Shown: piece by piece, positions 50,001-63,980 of the stretch | Numbering within the stretch: the stretch's first letter is position 1 | Layout: each line of letters starts with the position of its first letter | Source: the human T2T-CHM13v2.0 reference genome, Homo sapiens | Assembly: GCF_009914755.1 (NCBI RefSeq) | Contig: NC_060946.1 | Strand: one strand, 5' to 3' | DNA length: 64,000 nt | The notes under the pieces: model-generated | The model's database searches: none | What the model was told of the DNA's origin: nothing | The model's input: the letters and a program-made list of their open reading frames with translations, nothing else | Program-made: the position numbers and the translations under genes

Positions 50001-51135
50001 AAGGGTCCAAATATCTACCTGCAGATTCTGCAAAAAGAGTGATTCAAAACAGCTCAATCAAAGATAGGTTCAACTCTGTGAGTTGAATGCATACATCACA
50101 AGGAAGTTTCTCTGAATGCTTCTGTGTAGTTTTTATGTGAAGATATTTGCTTTTCTACGGTCGGCCTCAAAGCGCTCCAATTTTCCACTTGCAGATTCTA
50201 CAAAAAGAGTGTTTCTAAACTGCTCAATCATAAGATAGGTTCAACCCTGTGAGATGAATGCACACATCACAACGAAGTTTCTCAGAATGTTTCTGTGTAG
50301 TTTTTATCTGAAGATATTTCCTTTTCCACCATAGGCCCCAAAGGGCTCCAAATATCCAATTGCAGAGTCTGCAAAAAGAGAGATTCAAACTGCTGAATCA
50401 AAAGATAGGTTCAACTCTGTGACTTGGATACAAACATCCCAAAGAAGTTTCTCAGGGAGCTTCTGTGTAGTTTTTATGTGAAGTTATTTGCTTTTCCACA
50501 GTAGGCCTCAAAGGGCTCCAAATATCCACCTGCAGATTCTGCAAGAAGAGAGATTCAAAACTGCTCAATCAAAAAAATGTTCAACTCTGTGAGATGAATG
50601 CACACATCACAAAGACGTTTCTCAGAATGCTTCTGTGTAGTTTTTATGTGAAGATATTTCCTTTTCCACACTAGGCCTTAAAGGGCTGCAAATATCGACT
50701 TGCAGATTCTACAAAAGAGTGTTTCAAAACGGCTCAATCAAAGGAAAGTTTCACCTCTGTGAAATGAATGCACACATCCCCAAATAGTTTCTCAGAATGC
50801 TTCTTTGTAGTTTTTATGTGAAGATATTTGCTTTGTCACAATAGGCCTCAAAGTGCTCCAAATATCCACTTGCAGATTCTACAAATAGAGTGTTTCAAAA
50901 CTGCTCAATCAGAAGAATATGTCAACTCTGTGAGATGAAGGCTCACATCACAAAGAAGTTCCTCATAATGCTTCTGTGTAGTTTTTATGTGAAGAAATTT
51001 CCTTTTCCACAATAGACCTCAAATCGCTCCAAATATCCACTTGCAGATTCTACAAAAACAGTGTTTTAAAACTGCTCAATCAAAAGAAATGTTCAACTCT
51101 GTGAGATGAATGCACACATCACAAGGAAGGTTCTC
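44067..51135 (-). repeat. Diverged monomeric alpha satellite, same family as the HOR
   Basis: 171-bp periodicity, no exact long repeats, no CENP-B box seen. Confidence 0.95.
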
Positions 51136-51140
51136 CGGAT

Positions 51141-51272
51141 GATGTCCGAATAGGAACAGCTCCAGTCTACAGCTCCCAGCGTGGGCGACGCAGAAGATCG
51201 GTGATTTCTGCATTTCCTTCTCAGGTTCTGTGTTCATCTCACTAGGGCATGCCAGACAGTGGGCCCAGGACA
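51141..51272 (+). mobile_element. L1PA (PA2-4-like) 5' UTR stub, ~130 bp
   Basis: gatgtccgaataggaacagctccagtctacagctcccagcgtgggcgacgcagaagatcggtgatttctgcatttcc...gttcatctcactaggg...gccagacagtgggcccaggaca matches the extreme 5' end of L1PA. Confidence 0.92.
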
Positions 51273-52210
51273 AGTCTCTGCACCCCGGAAAGTGTGATCA
51301 TGTTGACTGTTTCCCGACCTCTGTGGGGCCCCAGAAACTTCCAGGAATACATGGAAGACCAGCATTGTGTCGGTGCTCTCCTTTCCAGTTTTCAAACAGG
51401 CTATATTGGAGACTCCCCATTTTTCAGGAAACAGGAATTCTTCGTCAGGACCTGATGCATGGGACATTTCTTTTCTCTGTGGTTTTGCTCTCCTTGTCTA
51501 CATGAAAATAAACGAGATCCACACACCTGCGTGTGTGAGACTATTACGGCAACTGTGACACCCAAGCGCTGGCTAAGAGTTGGCAGCCTGATCCCGGCAC
51601 AAAAGTTCTGACGGACATCCAGACACACCCCACCACAGTCACTAGCAAACCCACTCCCAAACACACAGACACACACGGGCGCACGCGCGGGAACACAAGC
51701 ACACACACAGACACACAAAGACACAGACAGCTTGAAGAAGAACAAGGGACAGAGAGATGGAGAGATAGAAACGGAAGGAGAGTGAGAAACAGCGATCGAG
51801 AGAAAGACAGAGAAGAACTGGGGAGATTGAGAGAGAGAGCACGCAAGGTGGAGAGGGAAGTAGAGAAAGGGAGTGGGTGAGGGAGCTAGAGAGGGGGAGC
51901 AACAGAGCCTTGGAGAGGGAGGCTCTGCTCTGGTAGATAGGGGCCCCCTTGGCGAGGGTAGGGTCGAGGGTACCTGGGCCGGGCTGGAAGAGGTGGGCAG
52001 GGCTGCCCACGCGGGAAAACCAACAGAGCCATGAGACATGTTTTTACTTGGATTGGTTGGTTGCTTTGGGTGTGAGCTTCCTAGCGTCATTCCTTTGTTG
52101 GCTCCTCCTATCCTCTTGGTGCTGTGGGCCCTGAAAGTTGTAGAGTGCTCCTGCCTATGGCGGAAGCAGTGGCGCCGAGCCTGCTCACGGGACGTGGCTT
52201 GGGTCTGTCT
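51271..52210. repeat. D4Z4-like fragment fused to 5S rDNA spacer (copy B of the chimera; no 5S gene)
   Basis: Homologous to 9725-10662, including the D4Z4/5S junction at ~51565. Confidence 0.88.
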
Positions 52211-53340
52211 TAGGTTTGTCTTTGTGAGGCGATTTTCTAGATCCTCCCCTGCCTCTTTCTCTACATCTTCTTTAAAACCAATAACTCTTAGATCTGTCTT
52301 TGTGAGGTTATTTTCTAGATCCTGTAGGCATGATTTGTTGTTTTATTCTGTTTCTTTTGTCTCTTCTATGTATTTTTAAAGAGCCTGTCTTCTCTGCTTG
52401 ATGCATTCTGCTATTACATGGCTCTAATGCATTCTTCAGCATGCCAACTGCATTTTTCAGCTCCAGAATTTCTGCTTAATTCGCTGTAACTATTTCAATC
52501 TCTTTGTTGAGTTTAGCTGATAAAATTTGGAATTTCTTTACTTTGTTACCTTAAATTTCTTTCAGTTTTTTTTTTTTTTTTTAATACAGCTATTTTGAAT
52601 TCTCTGTCTGAAAGGTCACATATCTCTTTTTCTCCAGGATTTGTCCCTGGTACCTTATTTAGTTCACTTGGTGAGGTCATGTTTTCCTGGATGGTGTTGA
52701 TGCTAGTAGATGTTCTTCAGTGTCTGGACATTAAAATCTTGGGCATGTAGCACCATATGAGAGGTTTAAAAAATAAAATTTAAAAAGAGTATAGGTGAGT
52801 ATTTATTGTAGTCTTCACTGTCTGTGCTTATTTGTAGCTGTCTTTCTTGGGAAGGCTTTTCACATATTTGAAAAGACTTGGGTGTTGTGATCTAAGCCAT
52901 GTCTGCTTTATGGGGCACCTTATACCCAATAATGGAGTAATTCTTCCAGACTCAGAGAAGTACCACCTTGACAGCCTTCAACAAGATCCAGGAGAATTTT
53001 CTGGATTACTAGCCAGAGACTTTTTCCCTACCCTTATTTTCTCTCAAAGATACAGAGTCTTTCTCTCTATTCTAAGCCACCTAAAGCTGGGAGAAGAAAG
53101 ACACAAGCACCCCTGGCCACCACCACTATGACTGCCCTGGATCAGACCTGAAGCTAGCACAGCACAGGGTCTTGCTCAAGTTCTGCTGCATGCACTTTCT
53201 GACGACTGCCTATGTTCACTCAAGGCCTTTGGTCTCTACAATTAGCAGGTGGCAAAGCCAGACAGTCCTGTGTTCTTTTCTTTAGGGCAGTGAGATCCCT
53301 CAGTCCCTGGCTGGGTCCAGAAGTGCCATTCAGAAGTCAG
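52211..53340 (-). mobile_element. Old L1M fragment (paralog of 14205-15320)
   Basis: Direct homology to copy A. Confidence 0.75.
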
Positions 53341-53342
53341 GG

Positions 53343-55616
53343 CTTTGGCCACTTTTTAATAGGGTTTTTTGTTTATCTCTTGTAAATTTAAGTTCCTTAT
53401 ATTGAATATTAGATCTTTGTCAGATACATAGTTTGTAAATATTTTTTCTCATTCTATATGTTGTCTGTTCACTCTATTGATAATTTCTTTTGCTGAGTGG
53501 AAGCTTTTAAGTTTAATTAGATCCCACTTGTCAATAGTTGCATTTGTTGTTTTTGGTGTCTTTATCATGAAATCTTTGCCTGTTTCTACATCCAGGATGG
53601 TATTGCCTAGGTTGCCTTCCAGGGCTTTTATAGTTTTGGGTTTTACATTTAAGTATTTAACCCATCTTGGATTGATTTCTGCATATGGTATAAGGAAGAA
53701 GTCCAACTTCAATCTTCTGCATATGGCTAGCCAGTTATTCCAGCATCATTTATTGAATAGGGAATCTTTTCCCCATTGCTTGTTTTTCACAGCTTTGTCA
53801 AAGATTAGATAGCTGTAGGTATGTGGTCTTATTTCTAACTTCTCTATTCTGTTCCATTGGTGGATGTGTCTGTTTTTGTGCTAGTACCATGCTGCTTTGG
53901 TTACTATAGTGCTATAGTATAGTTTGAAGTCGGGTAATGTGATGCCTCAAGCTTTGTTCTTTTTGCTTAGGATTGCCTTAGCTACTTAGATTCTTTCTTG
54001 GTTCTATATGAATTTCTAAATAGCTTTTTTCTACTTCCATGAATCATGTCATTGGTAGTTTAATAGGAATAGCTTTAGGCGGTACAACCATTTAAATTAT
54101 ATTAATTCTTTCTCTCCATTAACATGGAATGATTTTTCATTTGTTTATGTCTTCTCTGACTTCTTTGAGCAGTGTTTTGTAATTTTCATTGTAGAGATTT
54201 TTCAACTCCCTGGTTAGCTGTATTCGTACATGTTTTATTCTTTTTGTGGAAATTGTGAATAAAATTGCCTCTCTGATTTGGCTCTTAGTTTGACTCTTCT
54301 TGGTGTATAGGAATGCTAGCAAATTTTGTACATTGATTTTGTGTCCTGAAACTTTGTGGAAGTTGTTTATCAGCTTAAAGAGCTTTTGGGTCACAACTAT
54401 AGGGTTTAGATAGAGAATTATGTTGTCTGCAAACACATATAGTTGGACTTCCCTTTCTATTTAAATATGCTTCATTTCTTTCTCTTGTCTGATTGCTCCA
54501 GAAAGGACTTCTAATACTATGTTGAATAGGAGTAGTGAGAGAGGGCATCCTTGTCTTGTGTGGGTTTCAAGGAGAATGCGTCCAGATTTTGCCCATTTAG
54601 TATAATGTTGGCTGTGAGTTTGTCATAGGTGGCCTTTATTATTTTGAGGTATGTTCTTTCGATACTTCATTTATTGAGAATTTTTAACATGAAGCTTTGT
54701 TGAATTTTACTGAAAGCCTTTTCTGCATCTGTTGAGACAATCACCTGGTTCTTATCTTTAGTTCTATTTATGTTACGTATCGCATTTTATTGATTTGCCC
54801 ATGATGGACCAACTTTTCATTCCAGGGAAGAAGCTTAGTTCACTATGGTGAATTAGCCTTTTGATGTGTTGCTAAATTCAGTTTGCAAATATTTTGTTGT
54901 ACATTATTGAATGGATGTTCATCAAGGATACTGGCCTGAAGTTTTCTTTTTTTGTTGTGTCACTTCCAGGCGTTGGTATCAGGATGATTCTGGTCTCATA
55001 GAACAAGCTGGGGAAGAGTCCCTCCTCCTGTATTTCTTGAAATAGTTTTAGTAGGACTAGTACTGGCTCTTCTTTGTACATCTGTTAAAATTTGTTAATC
55101 TATCAGGTCCTGGGCTTTTGGGGGGGGGTTGGTAGGCTATTTATTATGGATTCAATTTTTGGAGCTCATAATTGGTCTGTTCAGAGACTAAATTTCTTCC
55201 TGGTTCAGTCTTGAGAGAGTCTATGTGTCCAGGAATTTATTCATCTCTTCTGGGGTTTCTACTTTGTCTGTGTAGAGGTGTTCATAGTAGTTGCTGGTTG
55301 TTATTTTTATTTCTCTGGGGTCAGTGGTAACATTCCCTTCATCATTTCTAATTTTGTTTATTTGAATCTTTTCTCTTTTCTTCTTTATTAGTCTAGCTAG
55401 TGCCCTATCTATCTTATTATTTTTTTCATAAAACCTTGATTAAGTGATCTTTTGAACAGCTTTTCTTGTCTCAATTTCTTTCAGTTCAGCTCTGATTGCA
55501 GTTATTTCTTGTCTTCTATAAGCTTTGTGATTGAGTTCTTCTTGCTTCTCTAATTCTTTCAGTTGTGATGTTAGGTGGTTAATTTGAGATCTTTCTAACT
55601 TTTTGATATGGGCATT
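53343..55616 (-). mobile_element. L1P ORF2 fragment (paralog of 15323-17593)
   Basis: ORF2p remnants including [10 protein letters not shown] (degenerate reverse-transcriptase FADD motif) and [12 protein letters not shown]. Confidence 0.93.
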
Positions 55617-56545
55617 ACTTCTTATGCCCTACTCTAACTTTTCTCCTTCTCCTAGAAAACTCAGAACTATGCTTTCTAAACCAATAGAAACTTTCTCACC
55701 GAATCAACCTAGTCCCCCTGAGGCAAAGTTAGCAATTTTCCATTACACACGGTTCTCTTTCTCTGTAAGAATACCTAATGCAACAATGCAAGTGTTTCTT
55801 TCCCTCCTGGTAATGCGGGGAACTCCTTTTGGCTGAGACCAAGACTTAAAACCTTGTTCTCTCAACATTAATGAAGATCTATTTAGAAAGCCTCCATTTT
55901 TACAGAAAAGATATATAAACACCAATGAAAATAAATATAAAATTATATGACATACAATTATAGTGTGGAAAGACTGAATAAATAAGTGAACTAAGCTCTA
56001 AGAAAAAAAGATGATGATATAAAATGATATAGAAGTAAAACCCTTGGCTGATATAGCATAATTAATGTATCAGTAAATTATGTACATTGTAGAAGTGGCA
56101 GGAAGACAGCATAGAGAGTGAGACCTGACCAGAAGCTTTAAGTAAAGTTCTATACCCTTAAACGAGATTAAAGTGGACTCAGGAAAACATGGTCCACATG
56201 AGGAGAAGGACACATGTTCCAGACGAGCCAAATCTCAGAGCATCTCTACCTTCTCCAGGAGGAAAGGGGAGGCAAAGCAGCAGGCAGAAGACAGCACGGC
56301 CAGGTCGGCATAGGGCACGCAGACCAAAATAGCTGAGCTCCATCGTACAGGTAGTCAGGAGCCACTGCCAGGTGGGCTTTATTCATTAGTTTGTTTTGTT
56401 TTCTTTAGTAAATAGGACACATAATCAAAGTTGACCTTTGTAAGTATTGCTGCAGCTGAACATAATAAGATGGATAAAACCAGTGTTTTAAAAATTATGT
56501 TGTATAGAGCACTAGCCCCAGAGAGATATTAGTGGAACACAGAGG

Positions 56546-56548
<3 letters not shown>

Positions 56549-56588
<40 letters not shown>
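56549..56588. repeat. (CA)n microsatellite, ~20 units
   Basis: Direct reading; the paralogous site at ~18520 is much shorter. Confidence 0.9.
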
Positions 56589-56595
<7 letters not shown>

Positions 56596-56786
56596 GAGCC
56601 CAGATTATTCTGGCAAATGCTGGGTTAAGCAAACTAAAAGAAACATCTTTAGTTCTGGACTTCTCAGAACCTGGAATGTGGCTATGTGACTCATAAAATA
56701 ACAAGGTTAAGACAGAGAATGTCATTTTTTTTCCCAGAAATGTTGAAACACTTTCTTTCCCTTGGCTTCAGTGTCACCTTCTTTCT

Positions 56787-56995
56787 TTTTTTTTATGATT
56801 TTTTTAAATTATTATACTTTTAAGTTTTAGGGTACATGTGCACATTGTGCAGGTTAGTTACATATGTATACATGTGCCATGCCGGTGCGCTGCACCCACT
56901 AACTCTTCATCTAGCATTAGGTATATCTCCCGATGCTATCCCTCCCCCCTCCCCCCACCCCACAACAGTCCCCAGAGTGTGATATTCCCCTTCCT
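56787..56995 (-). mobile_element. Young 5'-truncated L1 (L1PA2/non-Ta L1HS-like), present in copy B only
   Basis: Poly-T, then ttatacttttaagttttagggtacatgtgcacattgtgcaggttagttac...cccactaactc...gtgtgatattccccttcct. 16-bp TSD gtgtcaccttctttct at 56771-56786 and 56996-57011. Empty site at 18719-18734. Confidence 0.93.
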
Positions 56996-58183
56996 GTGTC
57001 ACCTTCTTTCTCGTGGTTCTCCAACCACCTCTTTGGCTGCTCCTTCTTGATTTCCTTTTTGACAATCTGCTGCTGCTCAGCCATTCTCTTTTCATTCCAC
57101 GTGGATTTCTCAAGTGTGTTTCTATTCCTGCAGATTAAATTTTCCTCGTTTTTCCTGAAAACTCTCCTTGTCTGACCCTCCCCACTTCTAAGGCAGGTGT
57201 TCCATCTGTGTGCACTTTTGGCATCCTGGGATGCTCCCAGCATGTTCCCTGTCACACTCCATCAGGTGTTCTCTGCAGACTCTGCGAGGGCAGCAGCCTT
57301 GTCTCCACCATCCCTTCAATGCTCAGCATGTAACACAGAAGCTGACTCCATAACATTTAGTTGGCCAACTGAGACTAAATATGTGTTCCTCTAGATCTTA
57401 AAAAGTTACAGAAACATAGCACAATGGACAAAAAAATTCTCTTTAGTCAGGAGTTCTCCATATATGTATAAGAGTTTGAAGTCATTATTAAACAACGTGA
57501 AACAGAAACTGTCACAGAATTCCCTAAATTATTTTGCTTTAATCTTCAATTCATCATGTGAGATAATCATGACCATGTGTTATTGTAAATATTTCTAGCT
57601 TACGACACAATAACCTGATTTTTATTGTTTGAAATAACCGTAATATAAATCAGTTAATTAAAAATGGCATAAATAATCCTTTCAAATAAAATTCTGCCAA
57701 ATTTTACATTACTCATATGTTCAAATGATAATGAGCTCATAGGCTTTTCCAATACCTCAGTCAAAACATTGTACTGATTCCAGCTGTGGGAATAGTATCG
57801 GAAAGTTATTTTACAGATGGGGAAAATGTACCTATGTGACGTTGGCCTTTGCACTACTGTGCCCTTTTGGGTCAGGAAAAAGCTGTTCCCTTAAAATCCT
57901 AAAATCTCTTCTGTCAGGTCTAAAGGGTGAATAGGAAACATAGTTTTTAAAATTTTAGCCACAGGTGTTTTATTCCTTGCTTAAAGCAGTGACTAGATAA
58001 AAGCCACTAGAAGAGTGTCCAATGTTTCTTTAGAAGTGTGTGCCTGAGAATATCTTCCTGAAACACTCCCTTGTCTCTGCCCAAAATCACCTTAGGTAGG
58101 AAAGTTAAAACTCAGCAGGCTGAGGAGATCCAAGGGGATCACTGAGCTCTGAGGCTTATGAGAGAAGAGAGAGAAGTCTAAGA

Positions 58184-58705
58184 CTTTTTGTGTATAAATT
58201 TATGGGTTCCAAGTGCAATTTTGCTGTAAGCATGGATGGCATAGTGGTGAAGTCAGGGCTTTTAGGTATCCATCACCGGAATAATGCACATTGTACCCAT
58301 TAAGTAATTTCTCACTGTTCACCCCTTCCATCCCTTCACCCTTCTGAGTCTCCATTATCCTTCCACTCTCTACATCAATACCCTCACATCTTTTAGCACC
58401 CCCTTATGAGTGATAAAATACGATGTTTACTCTGTGTCTGGCTTGCTTCACTTACAACAATGGCCTCCAGTTCCACCCATGTGTCTGCAAAAATTATGAT
58501 TCTATTGTTTTTTACTCCTGAATAGTATTTCATTGTGTATATTTTCTATATTTTCTTTTTCCAATCATTTGTTGATAGACATTTAGGTTGATTTTATATC
58601 TGTGCTACTGTGAATAGTGTTGCAACAAATATAAAAGTACAGTTATCTTTCTGATACATTGATTTTTTTCCTTTGCATAAATACTCAGCGGTGGGATTGC
58701 TGAAT
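58184..58705 (-). mobile_element. L1PB4-like 3' end (paralog of 19914-20436)
   Basis: Direct homology to copy A. Confidence 0.75.
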
Positions 58706-59274
58706 CAGACAGAGCCAGTAGATGATCAGTAATGGTGGCCAATCATCAGCTAGAAACAAAGTACTTAGCAGGGCTTGAAAACACCAAAACTCTAAGACCA
58801 CTGACCTTCAAAAACTTCAACAGCCCTGAGTGAAAAGTCCAAACACATTCATCTACCATTCAAAGTCCCTTTATTGTCTCTCCTCTGCACATCTCAGTAG
58901 TCTCTTTTTACCACACTGTCTATATACTTCATGAGCCATTTATATGAAACTATCTGACACTCCAAGGCATCTTATACTATATATTCAATCATGTATCCCT
59001 AGAAATTATCACAGTCCTGGCATATAGTTTGCTACTAAACATTTGCAGAATGAAGGAATTATCTTATATCCAGGTTCCAAGTTTTAAGGTGATTCTTCAC
59101 TAAAAAAAAGTATTATAGCTCACAAATAGTCTACTCCCTTTTTTACAAGTGGGATCGATTTTAATCTTATCCCCTAATAACATTACTTTCATTTACTCCC
59201 ATCTAAATATACTGTCCTAAGAGAGCAATAAGAAAGAGAGTTGAAGCTGGAGCTTGAATAATTGTACATGGTCC

Positions 59275-59822
59275 TGTGATACCCTACCTTGTTTTAACCT
59301 GAGTGACTCTCTTCTAGCGGAGAGAGAGACAGACAGACTCCATTTTAGTTTCTTCACGTGCAGCCCCCTTTACCTCCCTTCCTTAAGGGCATAACTAGTG
59401 TAAATTGACTCAAAGCACGACCAGGAATGCACTCACTATTAAGATATTGAGGCAAGCTGCACCAGCAGCTCCTGGGGACGCGCTCGGTGAATGGCACCCA
59501 AAACCCCTGTATTTCTTTCTTTGTGATAGTTTAAGCCCCTGCACCTGGAATGGTTTATTTATTTATTTATTTATTTTGTAACTGCTTTTGTAACCAATTA
59601 ATTTTTTTAACTGTTTGCTAGCTCTAGCTCTGCTTCTGTAAAAATTGCTTCAACTAAACTCCCCCCTCCCCTATTTAGACCACGGTATAAAAACAAAACC
59701 AGCCCCTTCCTCGGGGCCAAGAGAATTTTGAGCGTTAGCTGCCTCACGGTCGCTGGCTAATAAAGGACTCCTTAATTTTTCTCAAAGGGTGGCTTTCCTC
59801 TATAACTCGCTTGGTTACAACA
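59275..59822 (+). mobile_element. Solo LTR6A-like LTR (paralog of 21033-21557)
   Basis: tgtgataccctaccttgttttaacctgag...ggttacaaca, with TSD gtcc on both sides. Confidence 0.8.
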
Positions 59823-61759
59823 GTCCACACTGTGGCCTGAGGTGCATCGCCCACCTGAGCTTCATCTGTTAAGTATGTCAGGGAAGATAAGCAGGGCGAG
59901 AGTGACCTCATCAGAGGACCCCAGATCTCTGGCTTCCCCATCTGGCAAGTGCACATCTGTGAACAAAGACTTCAGAGCCAGATGACAAGAACGGCCCAAG
60001 CAGTCCACCAGGGAAACCTGGGCCCAGTGTACATCAATGCAGAGCATCAAGCATGGTGTAACAGGTGCACAGTTGCCTATTCCTGTTCAGAGATGACTGC
60101 ATCCCACACACTGTAAAATGAGGAAATGCAGAGAAGCAGATGTAACTGAAGAAGACAGGAGGAGCAACAAGGAGGGACAACCACGACCTAGGAAGGCACG
60201 ATGCCAGAGACGCCTGGACCCCACGCTAGGCTCAGTGCTTGTTATACTCTTGGGACCCAGTGCTTTCCCTCTCCATCATGTGGCATACTTGGCATTATTT
60301 CTTGTTTAAAATATTGTCCTTAGTTTTCACCTTTCCTAGGAGACACAGGCAGATCCTGTGACACTACACTGTCTGGCACACAGTAGGTGCATCACAAACA
60401 TCTGCCGAGTTCACACACTCTTGCCTTCTCAAACCTTCTTGTCAAGTCTTCAGTGAAAAGGAATTGCTGATTGAGCAAGAATTAAACTTCTAGAGACTCC
60501 TGGATCCACTGAAGTTTGAGACAAGGTGAGATTTGTTTACTGCCATATTCCTAGCTGATAGCATATTGTAGTCAATTAAAAAATGTTCGTTGAATCAGTG
60601 AGTGAATTGATTCATATGTCATACTTAGCTATATATTTTCTGAGTAAAATTGATAAATTTAATAGTTTACTTCTATTATAATTTTACTTTACTTATTCAA
60701 CGAACCTGACAATTCAACTAGGTGCCAGGTACACCGCTGCTGAACAAAAAGAGGTATAAGATACAACTTCTGTCTACAAGAAAGCCACGGTCTAAAGAGT
60801 AGAAACATATGAACAAATCATAACAATAAACAGGCTGAATTCAAAATCAGAGGGGTTTGTTTCTATTTTAAACAGCTCTAGTCAGGAAGTGTTAGAAAGT
60901 TCTAAACAGGAAATGTTCCAACACACCATCCAAGCATGAAGCAGAAGACACCCATAATTGAGTTTGCTGCCACCAACCCCAAGAGCAAGAATTCCAGTCC
61001 TGCTGCTGCAAAGTAAGTGTCACTCTGATTTTATTACTGCTGTGTAACCCAGTTTTAGACCCTTTGGTTGTCACTTAATATTCTAAAAAATATCAAAGAG
61101 AAAATATTATTATGGTGATGAGCCCATCCACTGCAGCCATCTCAACATCATACCAATTATAAGGCCTATCATTTAAAAAGAAAAATGTTAGTTTAACTTA
61201 TTTATCCAAATATCAGTATTAGATAAACATGTTTGTCATCAGACTTTGGATTTATGGGTTAAATGGCATAAAAATATGATTAGAGCCTTAAAGTTTACAC
61301 TTCTCTGGTTTGCTCAAATTTTTTGCAAAATAGCATATGCCTTTCTAAAAAAATTGTTAGTATTTTTTTAAAATGAACATTAAAATATATATTTTCCAAA
61401 AACAAAATACAGCTCCCATTGGCAAATGGTGATGTTGAGATACAACAGACAACTTCTCTTGGGAACCATTTAATCAGTGCTCACTTTTGCACTCTTTCCA
61501 GAAATGTCAATGCCTTTAAAATGTGGAAGTATATTATACAACTAAACTTACACTTATTCAGTATTGTGCAACATTTAGTACTTGTTCTAGCTATCTCTTG
61601 CTGAATAGTAAGCCATTCCAAAACTTAAGGAGTTATTTATAGTTTAATATTGTTTATTGTTATTGTTAAGTGATTATAAATAATGTTATTTCTCATGGTT
61701 TTGTGGTTTGATGGGCACTACAAAAGTTCTCTTTTGGAGTCTTTCTTGCAGTTGCGGTT

Positions 61760-62120
61760 GGTTGGCTGCTGCTGAACTCACCTGAAAGCTCAACTAGGCT
61801 AAAGAGCCTAGACGGGTCACTTACATGGCTGGCAGTGCATATTGGCTGCTGGGTGTGATGCCTATCTGACCTCTCCATGTTATCTGGAGTGCTCACAACT
61901 TGGTAGTTGGTCCCAAAGCACACAGGCAAATACCACAAAGCTTCTTAGGACCTAGCCTTGGAAGTCCTAAAATACAACTTCTGCTCCATCCTATTGGTAA
62001 AGCAAGTCATTGTGACCAGCACAGATTCAAGAAATGGGAGATTCGACTCTAACTGTCAATGTAAAGAGCAGCATGTGCATGCAGGGAGGAAAGAAATTAA
62101 GGGCATCATCTCGAAGACTA
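61760..62120 (-). mobile_element. MLT1 (MaLR) LTR remnant
   Basis: cacttacatggctggcag...cctagccttggaagtc...acttctgctccatcctattggtaaagcaagtca...cagattcaag motifs typical of MLT1. Confidence 0.6.
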
Positions 62121-62748
62121 TCATATCACACCATTACTCCAACTAATGAACATTATGTTTTAGATGGGTAGTACTAGCTACTCATCTCTCCCCCAGAAAC
62201 CCAACTAAGCATGGACATATTGAAGAGAATGTCAGCACCATTAAAAAAAACTCTAGAAAAATCACATGTGATGACTGAGGTTAATTCAGTCTGTCAATTA
62301 CATCAATATAATTCCCTTCTTGTAACCCTAAATATGGTGAAGCAGAATTGAATTCTACAAAAGTCTTTCATCTGTTTTCCTGTGGAATAATTAACAAACC
62401 CAATGAATGTATAAATAACATGAAGTCCGATTTATTTTAGATTTTTACCTCTTAATTTCAAAGCTTATAGAAATCCATAGAACTAATCATCATAATCCAC
62501 AATGCCTGGACCAGAAGTCCTTGTTCTAAGAGTATCTTGTGGCATGCTAAAAACTTATTACTAACTAGGAAATTTAAAACTTTTTGTTAGTGATTTTAAG
62601 AGAGCTGACTAGCTCATCACCACAATTCACACAGAGTAAGAATGGAGATTACTCTGCTGAGTGGATTGATAGTGATCGAAAAAAATCACAAAAGAGGAAA
62701 GGAGATAGCGAAGGGGAAACATACTGTCAATCCCTACAACTAAAGTGA

Positions 62749-63121
<373 letters not shown>

Positions 63122-63124
63122 TCA

Positions 63125-63980
63125 TCTTCTTTTAAGAAGTGTCTGCTTATATCCCTTGTCAATGTTTTAATGGAGTTGTTTTTTTAATGTTCACCTTCAC
63201 TAATCATCAGAGAAATGCAAATCAATGTGAGATACCATCTCATATTAGTCAGAATGGCTACTATTAAAAAGTAAAAAAATAACAAATTCTTGTTAGACTT
63301 CAGAGAAAATGAAATGCTTATACACTGTTTTTGAGAATGTAAATTAGTTCAGCCACTGTGAAAAGCAGTTTGGAGATTTTTCAAAGAATTTAAAACAGAA
63401 GTTCCATTCAACCAGCAATTCCATTACTGAGTACATGTCCAAAATAAAATTAAAAATTCTACAAAAAGAAACCCCACATGCACTTGCATATGCGTCATCT
63501 TGCTATTCACAATAGAGAAGGCATGGAATTAACTTATGTGTTAATCAATAAATTGGATAGAAATATGTGCCACATATACACCATAAAATACTATGCACAC
63601 ATTAAAAAGAATACAATCATGTCCTGTGCAGCAACATGCATACGTCTGGAGGCCATTATCCTAGGGAAATTAATACAGGAACAGAAAACCAAATACCACA
63701 TGTTCTTGCCTATAAGTAGGATCTAAACATGGGGTACTCAGGAATATAAAGATGACAACAATAGACACTGAGAACTACTAGATGAAGGAGGGAAGGAGGA
63801 GGGCAGGGGGTGAGAAACTATGAGTGCTATGCTTACTGCCTAGGTGATGGGATCAAATGTATCCCACAATATATGCTCACTACCTTGGTGATGGGACCAA
63901 TAATATCCCACATTGCTCAGCATCACACAATATATCCATGTAATAAACATGCAAATATACTCGGTGAATCTAAAAAAATT
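63125..63980 (+). mobile_element. L1PA16-like 3' end, with a short inverted 5' piece at ~63125-63185
   Basis: cactaatcatcagagaaatgcaaatc...gaacagaaaaccaaataccacatgttc...taaagatgacaacaatagacactg...cagcatcacacaatatatccatgtaa. Confidence 0.75.

Larger units (their letters stand above)
51271..60335 (+). repeat. Segmental duplication, copy B (direct orientation; ~3.5-kb deletion of the 5S region; extra young L1)
   Basis: Begins caagtctctgcaccccggaaagtgtga (equivalent to 9725) and ends tagttttcacctttc (equivalent to 22070). Roughly 90-95% identity to copy A by eye. Confidence 0.95.

Noticed and set aside
22071-51135. Regularly spaced repeats as a CRISPR-like array or repeated genes; active centromere core
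   Set aside because: This is 171-bp alpha satellite with no unique spacers, and the recurring ORFs are satellite translations. With no CENP-B boxes seen and only 11 kb of HOR, it is unlikely to be an active array.
60340-60830. Possible L2/MIR remnants
   Set aside because: Only short motifs (cacagtaggtgc, gttgaatcagtgagtgaat); boundaries cannot be determined by eye.
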